Assembly: GCA_963674965.2 (NCBI GenBank)
Contig: CAXXFL010000001.1
Coordinates: 160,001-224,000, forward strand
DNA: 64,000 nt
Reading direction: 5' to 3'
From: a bacterium
GTDB lineage: Bacteria > RBG-13-61-14 > DATKZS01
In this document: positions 48,915-59,077 of the stretch, one piece after another
Layout: every line of letters starts with the position of its first letter
How positions within the stretch are numbered: the stretch's first letter is position 1
Position numbers and translations under genes: made by a program
The notes under the pieces: model-generated
Told to the model about the DNA's origin: nothing
The model's input: the letters and a program-made list of their open reading frames with translations, nothing else
Database searches by the model: none

Positions 48915-51900
48915 ATGAAAAGGTTAGACGGTATTTCAATGACTTTGGCGATCGTCCTTGCCCTTCTCCTGGGGCATTCTCCGGCCTGGGGCCAGGAGGA
49001 ACTTCCGGGTGCCAACTACTTTGGCGACGCGGGCGCCTGCGACGGAATCATCGATCCACTTGACGCGACGCAGCTCAAGTCTCAGCTAGCCTCCAGTTCG
49101 GGCTCGTACGCGGGATGCAAGCCGGCCAGTTGGCAGGTTCAGGACCTGGATGGGGACCAGTCCGTCTCGCCCCTGGACTACTCGAGGCTCCAGGGCTGGG
49201 TCAACCTGTCCTGGCCCTCCGGCATAACCTACAGCGGGGCGCCCTGGGCGGTGATTGACGCCGATACCGCGATCGACATGCAGGCCGCCGACACGGTCAG
49301 CCTCGAGGCCATGGTTTACAGGCGGAACGTCTCCGGTAACGAGGCGCAGGTCCCGGGCGCGGGCTGGGGCGTCGTGTTCGAGGTGGTGGGCGGATGCATG
49401 AACGCCCGTATCGAGGGGCTGGACCCGACGCCCTTCTCTTTCGGGGGCAAGGACCAGATGGTGACGGAGCCCTCGGCCTTTGCATACACGGGGGCCTGGA
49501 ACGGCTCGACCGCCTCTCCCGCCCGCGTGGTATTGCACCGGATGGGCTGCATTGGCGTCATCCAGGTCCAGGCGCGGGTCCCGGCCGACGCCGAGTTCGA
49601 CGTGGCGGGCGAAAGGTTCGGCTCCCAGATCACGGGGGCCGTGGTCGAGGTCAACGCGGGATTTGGGGAAACGCTCTGGGTCACGCCCGAAACGGCGTCG
49701 ATCGGCGACGGCGAGACGGTCGCCTTTGCCGCCACCCACAGCGTTATCGGCGACGTGACCTCCCTCGCCACCTGGGGCGTCTCGGGCGGATGCACGCTCC
49801 TCGGACCCGGTCTTGTCCAGGCCCCCGAGGCGTGCGCCGACTACTAGTGCCTGGTCACCGCCGAATACGGCGCCGTAAGCGACGACGCGACCGTTTACGT
49901 GACCGACGACGATGAGGCCGACACGGTTGTCGGCTCCTGCTCGGCGGTTGACGACGGCGAGGCCATTTCCTGCGCGGCCAACTACCAGTCCAGCGTTGAC
50001 GGTTGCGGCCGCGGCCCGGCCCCCTGCACCTGCGGCGCCGGCCAGGGCTGCGACGACGCAACCGACGTGGTTGACGAGAGCTGCGCTCCGGGTACCTACA
50101 CGGCTACCTGCGGCGGCTCGACCCTCAACGACGACTTTACCGCCTCTTACACCGACAACGACGAGGCCGACTCGGTCGCGGGTTCGTGCTCGAGCGTTGA
50201 CGACGGCGAGGCCATCTCCTGTACGGCCATCTACCAGTCCAGCGTTGACGGCTGCGACCGCGGCTCGGCCCCCTGTCTTTGTACCGACGGCCAGGGGTGC
50301 GACGATACGGACAACGTGACGGACGAGGATTGCGCTCCTTTCACCTATACGGCCACCTGCGGAAGCTCGACGGTAAACGATGATTTTTCCGCCATGGCCT
50401 TTGACGACGACCAGGCGGACTCGGTGGTCGGCGGCTGTGACGACGTGACGCAAGGCGACCCGATCGATTGCTCGGCCCACTTTGTTTCCTCGGCCGACGG
50501 CTGCGACCGCGGCCCGACCTCCTGCACCTGCGGCTTTGGCCAGGGTTGCGACGACGCGATGAACGTTACGGACGAGACCTGCGGAGATTTCACCTATACG
50601 GCCACCTGCGGAGGATTTACCACCTGTTCAAACGACTTCACCGCTCAGGCCATCGATGAAGACGCGGCGGACGATATCATCGGAAACTGCTCCGACGTCA
50701 ACGACGGAGAATCGATAAACTGCTCGGCCGTTTATTACTCCTCAAAGGACGATTGCGACTACGGCCCGGCCCCCTGCCTGTGCTCGGACGGCCAGGGTTG
50801 TGACGACGTTGACAACGTGACCGACGAGGCATGCGTCGACTTCACTTACACGGCCACCTGCGGCGGATCGACGATAAGCGATGACTTTACCGCCATGGTA
50901 TGGGATAACGATATTGCGGACTCCGTCGACGGCGGTTGCGACGACGTGACGCAAGGCGACCCGATCGATTGCGCGGCCCACTTTGTTTCCTCGGCCGACG
51001 GCTGCGACCGCGGCTCGGCGTCCTGCACCTGCGGCTTTGGCCAGGGGTGCGACGATACGATTAACGTCACGGACGAGGAATGCGGCGATTACGCCTATAC
51101 GGCCACCTGCGGCGGGGGGACTTATCCGGCCGACTTCACCGCCCTGGCCATTGACGGCGACGTGATAGACGCCGTCCTCGGAGGCTGCTCCGACGTCAAC
51201 GACGGAAACCCGACCAACTGCACCGCGATATATCACTCATCCAGCGACGGTTGCGACCGAGGCCCGGCCCCATGCCTTTGCACCGACGGTCAGGGTTGCG
51301 ACGACGCGGACAACTTCACGGACGAGGCCTGTGACGATTTTATCTATACCGTAACCTGCGGCAACGCGACCGTAAGCGACTCCTTTACGGCGCAAGCGAT
51401 CAACGACGAAACCACGGCCGACGTGGACGTGCAGCCGGACGGGACCTTAATACTGATGATAGGCGATACTCAGACCTTCGCCTGCCAGGCGACCTACGCC
51501 GACGGCTGCGCGGACGACTGCGGCTCGGCCCTGACCCACTCGGGAGACGGGACCTTCGTTAACCCGCTTTACACGGCCCCGGGCGTGGTGGGATCGGCGA
51601 CCATCTCCGCCTCCTGGTCGGGAGGGTACGATGCAAGCGCTATCTTTGTCTCCGATGAGCCGCCTCCTATCATTCTGTCCGTTTTCCCTCTTGATTTCGA
51701 CGACCGCTTCAGGCTCAACTCTCACGTGGACCAGGACTTGACCGTTGTTTTCGACGACTATATGGGTCAGCCGACCGTCGTGACCGCCGCCTGTACGTCC
51801 GCGTCGGACTACTCGGCGGTTAACTTCAGTTGCAATATGACCAACTGGCCGGACGTACGGTGCGTGCCCACGTCCATTTTTAACTCGGATGACGACTATG

Positions 51901-54590
51901 ACTGCTCGATCTACGCGAGCACCTCAGGCGGCAACGACAGCGCCAGCGGCGGCCTGCACACGGCCTGGGCCGGCGCGCCGTCCACGGGCGGGGTCGGCGG
52001 CGGATATATAGGAGGGCTGGACTACGACAGCCAGATCGCGAGCGTGGGGGACGGGACCGTGACCCTGACGGCGGTGGACGGGGACCGGTCGATACCCATA
52101 GCCGGCAAGGTCTACGTGCAGGTCATTCAGGGCGGGACCATCCAGGAATACTTCACCGACGCCACCGGCAACCTCACCATGACTCTCGATCCCGCGCCAA
52201 TTGACGAGATAACTCTGGGCTACAAGTGCGGCGCCGAGACCTGTCCGAAGATTGAGGAAGGCGCCAGCCTGGCCCAGTACCGGTCGGGCAACTATAGTAA
52301 CTTCGCCTACCGCACCTGGCGGGACGTGGACGCCTCGGACCTGGCCCTGGACCTGAAGCTCATGACCGGCGCCCAGATCGGAAGGCATAAAGCCAGGATA
52401 CAGGGAAGCATACCCATAGCTTCATTCAACGGCAATATAGCCGCTCAAAGAATCAACATTGCAAGAAGGTTTTTTGCGCCTCCCTTATATCTTCGCGCCG
52501 CGATCATCACTCCCACCCTCAAGAGTTCACAAGCACTCGGTGGCGGCCTCGGCGGTCTTCTCACGACGCCAGATGAAGAGATATCCGTGTCATTATGTTT
52601 AGCACCCACGAATTCTGATGAATTTGCATTTAAAGCGGTCTTGCCGGCCAACTTTATCGCTCCAGAGATTATCCGCTCGAACTGGAGAATTCCCTGCGCC
52701 AGTTGGTCGGCCAACCCTGGCAAGACCAATTGGGAATTCTGGACCTACACGCCGGGCGAGGACAGGATAGTCTGGAACCTCGGCATACTTATCAACGCGA
52801 CCAACTTCTCCTATGATGGCGGCCTGGACCCTTTTACCTTCCCCATGTACGCCTGCGCCCTGGGCATGACCCAGGCAAGCGTTCCCGCGGGCGTTAGATA
52901 CGGGGAAACCATCGTCGCCACGGGCACGGCGGCCAACTTCGCCTATAACATCCGAGAAAACTGGACCAACGACGCGTACGGTTACGATCCCGATACCTCG
53001 GTTAACCGGAAAATCCTTTACGCGGTGGATGGTAAACTGCCCGACGACCCGGCCAGAAGAGACTCCGCCAGACAACTTGGATATCAATACGCCATACCCA
53101 ACCGCACGGACTCCGAGCTTGGGGCGGGATGGGACGACCGCTTTTACAGGAGGCACCAGTTTATCGCCACCGGCGCTGATTTTGGAATGGAAAGTGGAAT
53201 CGGCGTGACCGGGCTCTCGTTGAACGTCAAGATCGACGACCGCGAGTTTACTGTATTCCAGGTCAGTTTTTTGCAATCTACCGGGACAAAAATGGGTAAA
53301 CGCGACGTCAGGCCCTGGAGCGGCTCGGCGGATTCAGAAGTCACTAGCGTCCAACACGCGAGTATTAACACGGCATGGACTGAGCCGGGGTCCTATATAG
53401 ATTTCGCGGCCCGGGAGAACGCCGGTCCCACCAACTACTTGGTTTTCCACGTCCTCTCGAGAGGATCGATCGCCAATACCCCCATGCAAACAACCAGATC
53501 TTTAATAAAAACCAAGTTCGTCGTCAGGGCCTATAACCCCGGTTCGTCCCTTTCCGTGTGGCACGTGGGTCCAGCCGAGGCGTCGGGCAACGAGACCATA
53601 AGGATAGACGACTTCCTCGAACTGCCCGAGGCCATCGAACCGGCGGCCGATCGATATATCTATCCCGCCCCTCAGTGGGCCAATACCCCGAATAATTCCC
53701 CGTCCGTGAACCGAAACGGGGAACTGCGAAGGGACATGACCGTCACCTTGACGGGCAACTCGATAGTACATGACGGCGCGGACGACTATAACCGGCTGTT
53801 TCTCAAGTTCCGCGTCAACGGGTTCATGCATGACTCCTCCAGGATCATGCACGCCTGGGAGACGGCCCTGTCCGAGCCGAGCGTTATGACCGTGGACGGA
53901 AGCACCTCGGTCGGGTTCGTGACCAAGTTCTCGGCCAAGACCCCGATTTCAAGCGTAAATGGAAGGGCCTATACGACCGGCGGCGTTCGCTACTTCCAGG
54001 ACGTCGATGGGGAATACGGCCCCAGATTTATAGACGCGGGCGTCCAGGTGGGGGACTCCCTCTGGATTAACAGCTATAAACACAACGTACTAAACACCAG
54101 GCGAAGGATCACCGGAGTCCTCAGCAATGAGCTGCTTACGATCAACGCCGACTGGAGCGCTCTCGGGCTGGAGGGAGACAGTGATATCCGCTACCGGATT
54201 ATCCGGGCCCAGGCCAGGGGCATGTGTGAAATAGACGAATGGGCGAGCGGCCCTCCCAGGGGCTACGTCTGCCAGGCGAACGACTTCTGGTCGGCCGAAG
54301 GCCCGGTGCAGGACAGCTCGACCATTATCGTGCACATCCCGGACGTGGACCCCGGCGCGACGACCCTGAATGGACGCACGGGCGTCATACCCGATCTGTG
54401 GGACGGCATCGAGGCCGGGAACGCCACCCAGCTTGAGTGGCGGGTAACTACCATAGTTTACAACACGAGCGACTACGAGTACGGCGGCGCCTTATCAGGC
54501 CTTTTCGACTGGAACAACCGGGACATAAGGGAGATGGACATGGCCATCAGCGGCCTCGCCACCGACGAGACCTTCGTGGTCTACAAGTGA
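48915..54590 (+). pseudogene. Large secreted Cys/Asp-rich repeat protein interrupted by one in-frame TAG (pseudogene, read-through or sequence error)
   Basis: Track ORFs 48912-49847 and 49899-54590 share a frame with only TAG 49845-49847 between; signal peptide, dockerin/EF-hand-like Asp motifs, Ig-like segments, six Cys-rich repeats. Confidence 0.8.
49905..51402 (+). repeat. Six ~83-aa (~249-bp) Cys/Asp-rich tandem repeats
   Basis: Consensus DxDxADxVxGxCxxVxxGxxIxCxAxYxSSxDGCDRGPAxCxCxxGQGCDDxxNVTDExCxxFTYTATCGxxTxxxDFTA. Confidence 0.92.
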
Positions 54591-54705
54591 CGCCGATAGG
54601 CCCAGAAACCTCGGGCGTGAAACCTTGGCGTTTGCAGTGTCGGCCCAGAGTGCTAACCTTACTGTTTGATGAAGTTAACGTCTGACGATGGAGGGAGGAT
54701 GCAAG

Positions 54706-55446
54706 ATGACGGATTCCAACCAGGGTAATGGACAAGGCCCGCAAGGCGGACAGGCTTCCGGCGGACCGGCCGGCCAGCCGGGGCAGGCGGTCCCGCCGCC
54801 CATTCCCCCGCCGGGATACCCGGGGTATCCGCCGGGTCCGGGAGGTCCCTACGGGCCGGGGCCGGGAGCGTTTCAGGCCTCTTCGGATTTCACCACCGCG
54901 GGCATGAAGCCGGTGAATATCATGGGCAAGCAATACCTTTACGCCCCTTATTTCGACCGGGCCCTGGCCTTTCTTCTTGACGGCGTCATCTTTATAATAC
55001 CAGCAATGCTTATGTACGCGATCGTCGCTTTTTTCATAGCCATTGGGTTCCTCATCGATGGAGGCGACGGAGGCCCCCTAGTGGGCGTCTTTATTTTCCT
55101 GGGCGTCATCGTCGGCCTGGCCGCTTTTTACGGCCTTCACATCTGGTACTTCTCGGCTTTTCTCGCCAAGGAGATGTGGGGGACCATGCCGGGGCAGACC
55201 TTCGGGTGCAAGGTGCTGCAGATGATGATCGTGAAGCAGGACGGGAGCCCTCTTCGAGGGATGGACGGGTTTTTGCGCTGGCTGGGCAACATGGCCTCGA
55301 TGATGGTGATGTACCTGGGCTTTATCTGGGCCATCATAGACGACCGCAACCAGAGTTGGGGCGACATGCTGGGCAAGACCTACGCCGTGACCCTCAAGCC
55401 CCAGGCCCCCGTTCCGGGCCCGCCGCCGGGTCCCATGCCGCGCTGA
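54706..55446 (+). CDS. RDD family membrane protein with Pro/Gly-rich ends
   Basis: RALAFLLD, GQTFG, QSWGDM motifs; GGAGG SD. Confidence 0.88.
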   Translation: MTDSNQGNGQGPQGGQASGGPAGQPGQAVPPPIPPPGYPGYPPGPGGPYGPGPGAFQASSDFTTAGMKPVNIMGKQYLYAPYFDRALAFLLDGVIFIIPAMLMYAIVAFFIAIGFLIDGGDGGPLVGVFIFLGVIVGLAAFYGLHIWYFSAFLAKEMWGTMPGQTFGCKVLQMMIVKQDGSPLRGMDGFLRWLGNMASMMVMYLGFIWAIIDDRNQSWGDMLGKTYAVTLKPQAPVPGPPPGPMPR

Positions 55447-55462
55447 AGCTTACGCGCGCGTT

Positions 55463-55489
55463 AAAAGCCCTCCTTGGGGGGGCTTTTTT
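55463..55489 (+). terminator. Rho-independent terminator
   Basis: AAAAGCCCTCC-TTG-GGGGGGCTTTTTT hairpin plus T-run after the RDD gene. Confidence 0.85.
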
Positions 55490-55564
55490 ATTTTTATGGA
55501 TGATGGTATCCTTAAGGTTCCGTCGCGCTCGCGTCGGTCCATAATTCCACTGGAGGTATATCTT

Positions 55565-56740
55565 ATGAAGGAAGTCGTAATAGTGTCCGGGGCCCGGACC
55601 GCCATCGGCAAGTTTGGCGGCAGCTTGAAGGACGTGCCCGCTCCCGACCTTATGGGCATGGTAATCAAGGAGGCCCTTTCCCGGGCCAAGGTGGCCCCCG
55701 AGCTGGTGGCCGACGTGGTGGTGGGCCAGTGCATGCAGCGTTTCGACGAGTGCGTGACCGCTCGCCTGGCTGGCCTCAAGGCCGGTCTTCCCATCTCGGT
55801 GCCGGGCGTGACCATCCAGCGCAACTGCGCCTCGGGCATGCAGGCCATCGTCTACGCGGCCCAGCAGATCATGCTCGGCGACGAGGAGATAATGGTGGCG
55901 GGCGGCGTCGAGAACATGAGCCGCGTTCCCTATTGTCTCAACGACGCCAGGTGGGGCAAGCGTCTCCAGCACGGCGAGATGAGCGACGGGGTCTGGGCGG
56001 GCCTGACGGACGCCTGGTGCGGTCTTATCATGGGCATGACCTCGGAGAACCTGGCGGCGAAATACGACATCAGCAGGGAGGAACAGGACGAGGTGGCCCT
56101 TCGCTCGCACCATAACGCGGAGGCGGCGATCACGGGTGGAAAGTTCAAGGACGAGATCATGCCCGTTCCCATTCCGCAAAGAAAGGGCGACCCCATACTT
56201 TACGAGACGGACGAGCATTACCGGCCGGGCATAAAAATGGAGGACCTGGCCAGACTCAAGCCCTCCTTTAAAAAGGACGGCACCGTGACCGCGGGCAACG
56301 CCTCGGGCATCAACGACGCGGCGGCGGCGGTGGTGCTCATGAGCGCGGACAAGGCCAAGGAACTCGGGATCGAGCCCATGGCCAAGCTGCGCGGCTACGC
56401 CGCGGCGGGGGTCGAGCCCGAGCTGATGGGCTACGGCCCCGTTCCCGCCACCAAGAAGGCCCTCGAGCGGACGGGCATGAAGCTCGAGGACATGGAGCTT
56501 ATCGAGTGCAACGAGGCCTTCGCCGCCCAGTACCTTTCCTGCGAGAAGCTTTTGGGCATGAACCGCGAGATCGTCAACGTGAACGGGTCGGGCATCGCTC
56601 TTGGCCACCCGGTGGGATGCACGGGCGCCCGCATCATTATCAGTCTCCTCTACGAGATGAAGCGCCGGGGCAACAACGTCGGCATGGCCACCCTCTGCGT
56701 GGGCGGCGGCATGGGCATGACCTCCATCTGGGAAATGTAA
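55565..56740 (+). CDS. Acetyl-CoA acetyltransferase (thiolase)
   Basis: RTAIGKFGG, NCASG, NEAFAAQ, GHPVGCTG, LCVGGG; GGAGG SD before ATG 55565. Confidence 0.95.
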   Translation: MKEVVIVSGARTAIGKFGGSLKDVPAPDLMGMVIKEALSRAKVAPELVADVVVGQCMQRFDECVTARLAGLKAGLPISVPGVTIQRNCASGMQAIVYAAQQIMLGDEEIMVAGGVENMSRVPYCLNDARWGKRLQHGEMSDGVWAGLTDAWCGLIMGMTSENLAAKYDISREEQDEVALRSHHNAEAAITGGKFKDEIMPVPIPQRKGDPILYETDEHYRPGIKMEDLARLKPSFKKDGTVTAGNASGINDAAAAVVLMSADKAKELGIEPMAKLRGYAAAGVEPELMGYGPVPATKKALERTGMKLEDMELIECNEAFAAQYLSCEKLLGMNREIVNVNGSGIALGHPVGCTGARIIISLLYEMKRRGNNVGMATLCVGGGMGMTSIWEM

Positions 56741-56745
56741 TCAAG

Positions 56746-56782
56746 AAGAGCGGGCCGCCGGTTAAGACGGTCCGCTCTTTTT
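56746..56782. terminator. Terminator hairpin between convergent genes
   Basis: AAGAGCGGGCCG...CGGTCCGCTCTTTTT. Confidence 0.75.
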
Positions 56783-56815
56783 CTTATTTCTCCCCGGCTT
56801 CCGGCCGGCGCCGGA

Positions 56816-58336
56816 TCAGCTTAAATATTTCTTCTCATTGTCCAGGAGGTATTGGCCGGTCCTTATGGCCAGGGCCATGATGGTTTCCTGGGGGTTCACG
56901 CCGAGGGAACTGGGCACGACCGACCCGTCGGCGATGAAGAGATTTTCCATGTCCCACGACTCGCCGTGGGGATTGACCACCGAGCGCCTCGGGTCCGAGC
57001 CCATGCGGCAGGTGGCGAAGGCGTGGACGGTCAGCACCTCGATCTCGGTCTTCTTGATATTGGCTGAGTAGATTTTCTTGATATCGTCGGGACCGTCGAT
57101 GGTCTCGAGCCGGTGGAAGGGCAGGACCACCTTTTTGGCGCCGGCGGTAAAAAGGAGCTTGCATAACAGGGCGGCGCCCTTTATCAGTCTCTCTTGCTCG
57201 ACGTGGTCGATATCGTAATAGGCCATGGGCTCGCCCCAGGGCGCCTTCTTGACCTGTCCGGTGGTGGTGTCATCCACCAGGCAGCCGGCAATAAGCATGT
57301 GGTCCCAAAGCTCCATCAGCTCGAGGCTGGGCTTGCCGTATTGGGGAAAGCTCATGGCGGCCAGGCCAGGATGGACCACGCCGATGGCCATGAGGATGCC
57401 CTCGTCGATAAAGTGATGTATCTGGTGGCCCTGGTGAACGCCCTTCCAGTAGCGCACGGGCTCCTCGAAAATCCCCACCACCTTGGTGTTGGGATGGCAA
57501 TGGAAATGCTTGCCCACGTTGCCGCCGCCCTTGACGCCCGAGTTCATCAGCATGATGGGCGTCTGAAGAGCGCCGCCGGCCAGGACCACCGTCTTGGCGT
57601 TGACCCTGATCTTATGGCCCGTCTTGCGGCCGGTGTGGCGGTTGACGATATAGCCCTCCACCCCCTGGGCGACCTTTCTTTTCGCGACGACCTTTTTGAT
57701 CTTCACGTCCGTGTAAAGCCGGGCGCCCTTGTTCAAGGCCCGGGGAATATAGGTCACCAGCACCGACTGCTTGCGGTCGGTGGGACAGCCGAAAACGCAG
57801 ATGCCCTCCCCGGTGCAGTCCTTCTGGTTCCGCTTGTTCGGATGTATAAGCCAGCCCAGCTTGTCGGCCGCCTGACGGAAGAGCATGTCTCCCCTGCCCA
57901 GGCTCTCGGGGCTTTGGGGGGCCACGTTGATCCTTTCCTCCACTTTCCGGAAGAAGGGATCGAGCTTCTCCGAGGTCAGGTCATTAAGACCCATGTCCCA
58001 GCGCCAATGCTCAAGGACCCGCTCGGGGGTCCGCCAACACATGCCGCCGTTGATGACGGTGGAACCGCCCACGCAGCGGCCCTCGCTGAAGATGATGTTG
58101 GGCTTGCCCATTATGACCGAGCTGCCCGAGTCGCGGTAAAGCTGGGGAATGGCCTTGGCCGGGTCCAGGGAAAAGTCCTTGCTCGTGTAGTAGCCGCCCT
58201 CCTCGAGGATGACCACCTCCTTGCCCGCCTCGGCCAGCTCCGCCGCGATGGCCCCGCCGCCCGCGCCCGAGCCCACGACCACCACGTCGCAGGTCTCGAC
58301 CACGTCCGCCTTAATTTCGTGTCCTTCTTTGATCAT
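56816..58336 (-). CDS. GMC family oxidoreductase (long-chain alcohol oxidase-like)
   Basis: GSGAGG FAD motif, GGSTVINGG, C..GCP, H.FATCRMG, GVNPQ. Confidence 0.9.
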   Translation of the reverse strand: MIKEGHEIKADVVETCDVVVVGSGAGGGAIAAELAEAGKEVVILEEGGYYTSKDFSLDPAKAIPQLYRDSGSSVIMGKPNIIFSEGRCVGGSTVINGGMCWRTPERVLEHWRWDMGLNDLTSEKLDPFFRKVEERINVAPQSPESLGRGDMLFRQAADKLGWLIHPNKRNQKDCTGEGICVFGCPTDRKQSVLVTYIPRALNKGARLYTDVKIKKVVAKRKVAQGVEGYIVNRHTGRKTGHKIRVNAKTVVLAGGALQTPIMLMNSGVKGGGNVGKHFHCHPNTKVVGIFEEPVRYWKGVHQGHQIHHFIDEGILMAIGVVHPGLAAMSFPQYGKPSLELMELWDHMLIAGCLVDDTTTGQVKKAPWGEPMAYYDIDHVEQERLIKGAALLCKLLFTAGAKKVVLPFHRLETIDGPDDIKKIYSANIKKTEIEVLTVHAFATCRMGSDPRRSVVNPHGESWDMENLFIADGSVVPSSLGVNPQETIMALAIRTGQYLLDNEKKYLS

Positions 58337-58353
58337 GGCGAGTTCTCCTTGAT

Positions 58354-58905
58354 TTATCCGGCCTCGCCCTCGGGCGGAGGGGTGTCGTGAGTTATAAGGT
58401 CCACTTTATCGTAAGCGGGATAGGGTATTCTCGAGTTGCGGTCGTATCCCAGTCCCCGGAAGAAATCGCAGGCTTCCTGGTCGCAGGCCTCTCCCTTGTT
58501 GATCCTGTCCATGTGCGCGGGAAGATCGAAACCTATATGGGCCATCACGTCCGGGTGGGCGTAATAGGCGGTCAGGCATACTCCCTTAACTCCCTTGATC
58601 AGGTCGCGCCGGAGCATGAGGGAGCTGTTGACCCAGCCGCTCACGTACTTGTCGCGTTTTTCCAGGTCCATGGCGGAAAAGGGCTTGAGGGACCCGGCGA
58701 AGATGATGGTCGCGTACTCGAGCAGCACCAGACCCAGCGGGAAGGCAATTTTCAGATGAAAAGGGAAATAGGAATAAAACTCGTCGAGGAACTCGAGCAT
58801 GTGGTCCTCGACGGGCGGGTCGAACTCGGGCTTGCGCGGCTTGACGACCTCGATAAGCGCGCGCAGGGTTTTGACCGACCTGGCGGGAAGATGGTATTTA
58901 CTCAT
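58354..58905 (-). CDS. Gluconate-2-dehydrogenase subunit-3-like partner of the GMC enzyme
   Basis: PFSAMDLEKRD..V..W, AYYAHPDV..HIGF pattern; immediately upstream of the GMC gene. Confidence 0.6.
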   Translation of the reverse strand: MSKYHLPARSVKTLRALIEVVKPRKPEFDPPVEDHMLEFLDEFYSYFPFHLKIAFPLGLVLLEYATIIFAGSLKPFSAMDLEKRDKYVSGWVNSSLMLRRDLIKGVKGVCLTAYYAHPDVMAHIGFDLPAHMDRINKGEACDQEACDFFRGLGYDRNSRIPYPAYDKVDLITHDTPPPEGEAG

Positions 58906-59077
58906 AAACAAGCCTCCTTATTACGCGTGACGATTAAGTCCTTTATCCGCCCCGACTCCCGGCCAAGCCTTATCCGATTTTGCTCTCCAGAGCCGGAAAG
59001 GAAATCCCGGCCGCGGCCCGGGGCGTAAAAACTTTATTTCATTCGATCCATAAGCTTAGCAATCAAAAAGCCCGGCT

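Noticed and set aside
49845..49847. Genome-wide TAG reassignment
   Set aside because: Several other genes in the window end at TAG, and no other gene shows an internal TAG.
54631..54656. CIRCE (HrcA) operator before the RDD gene
   Set aside because: The right arm GAGTGCTAA is perfect, but the left arm matches only 6 of 9 and the spacer is 8 not 9; better read as a TTGCAG...TGcTAACCT promoter.
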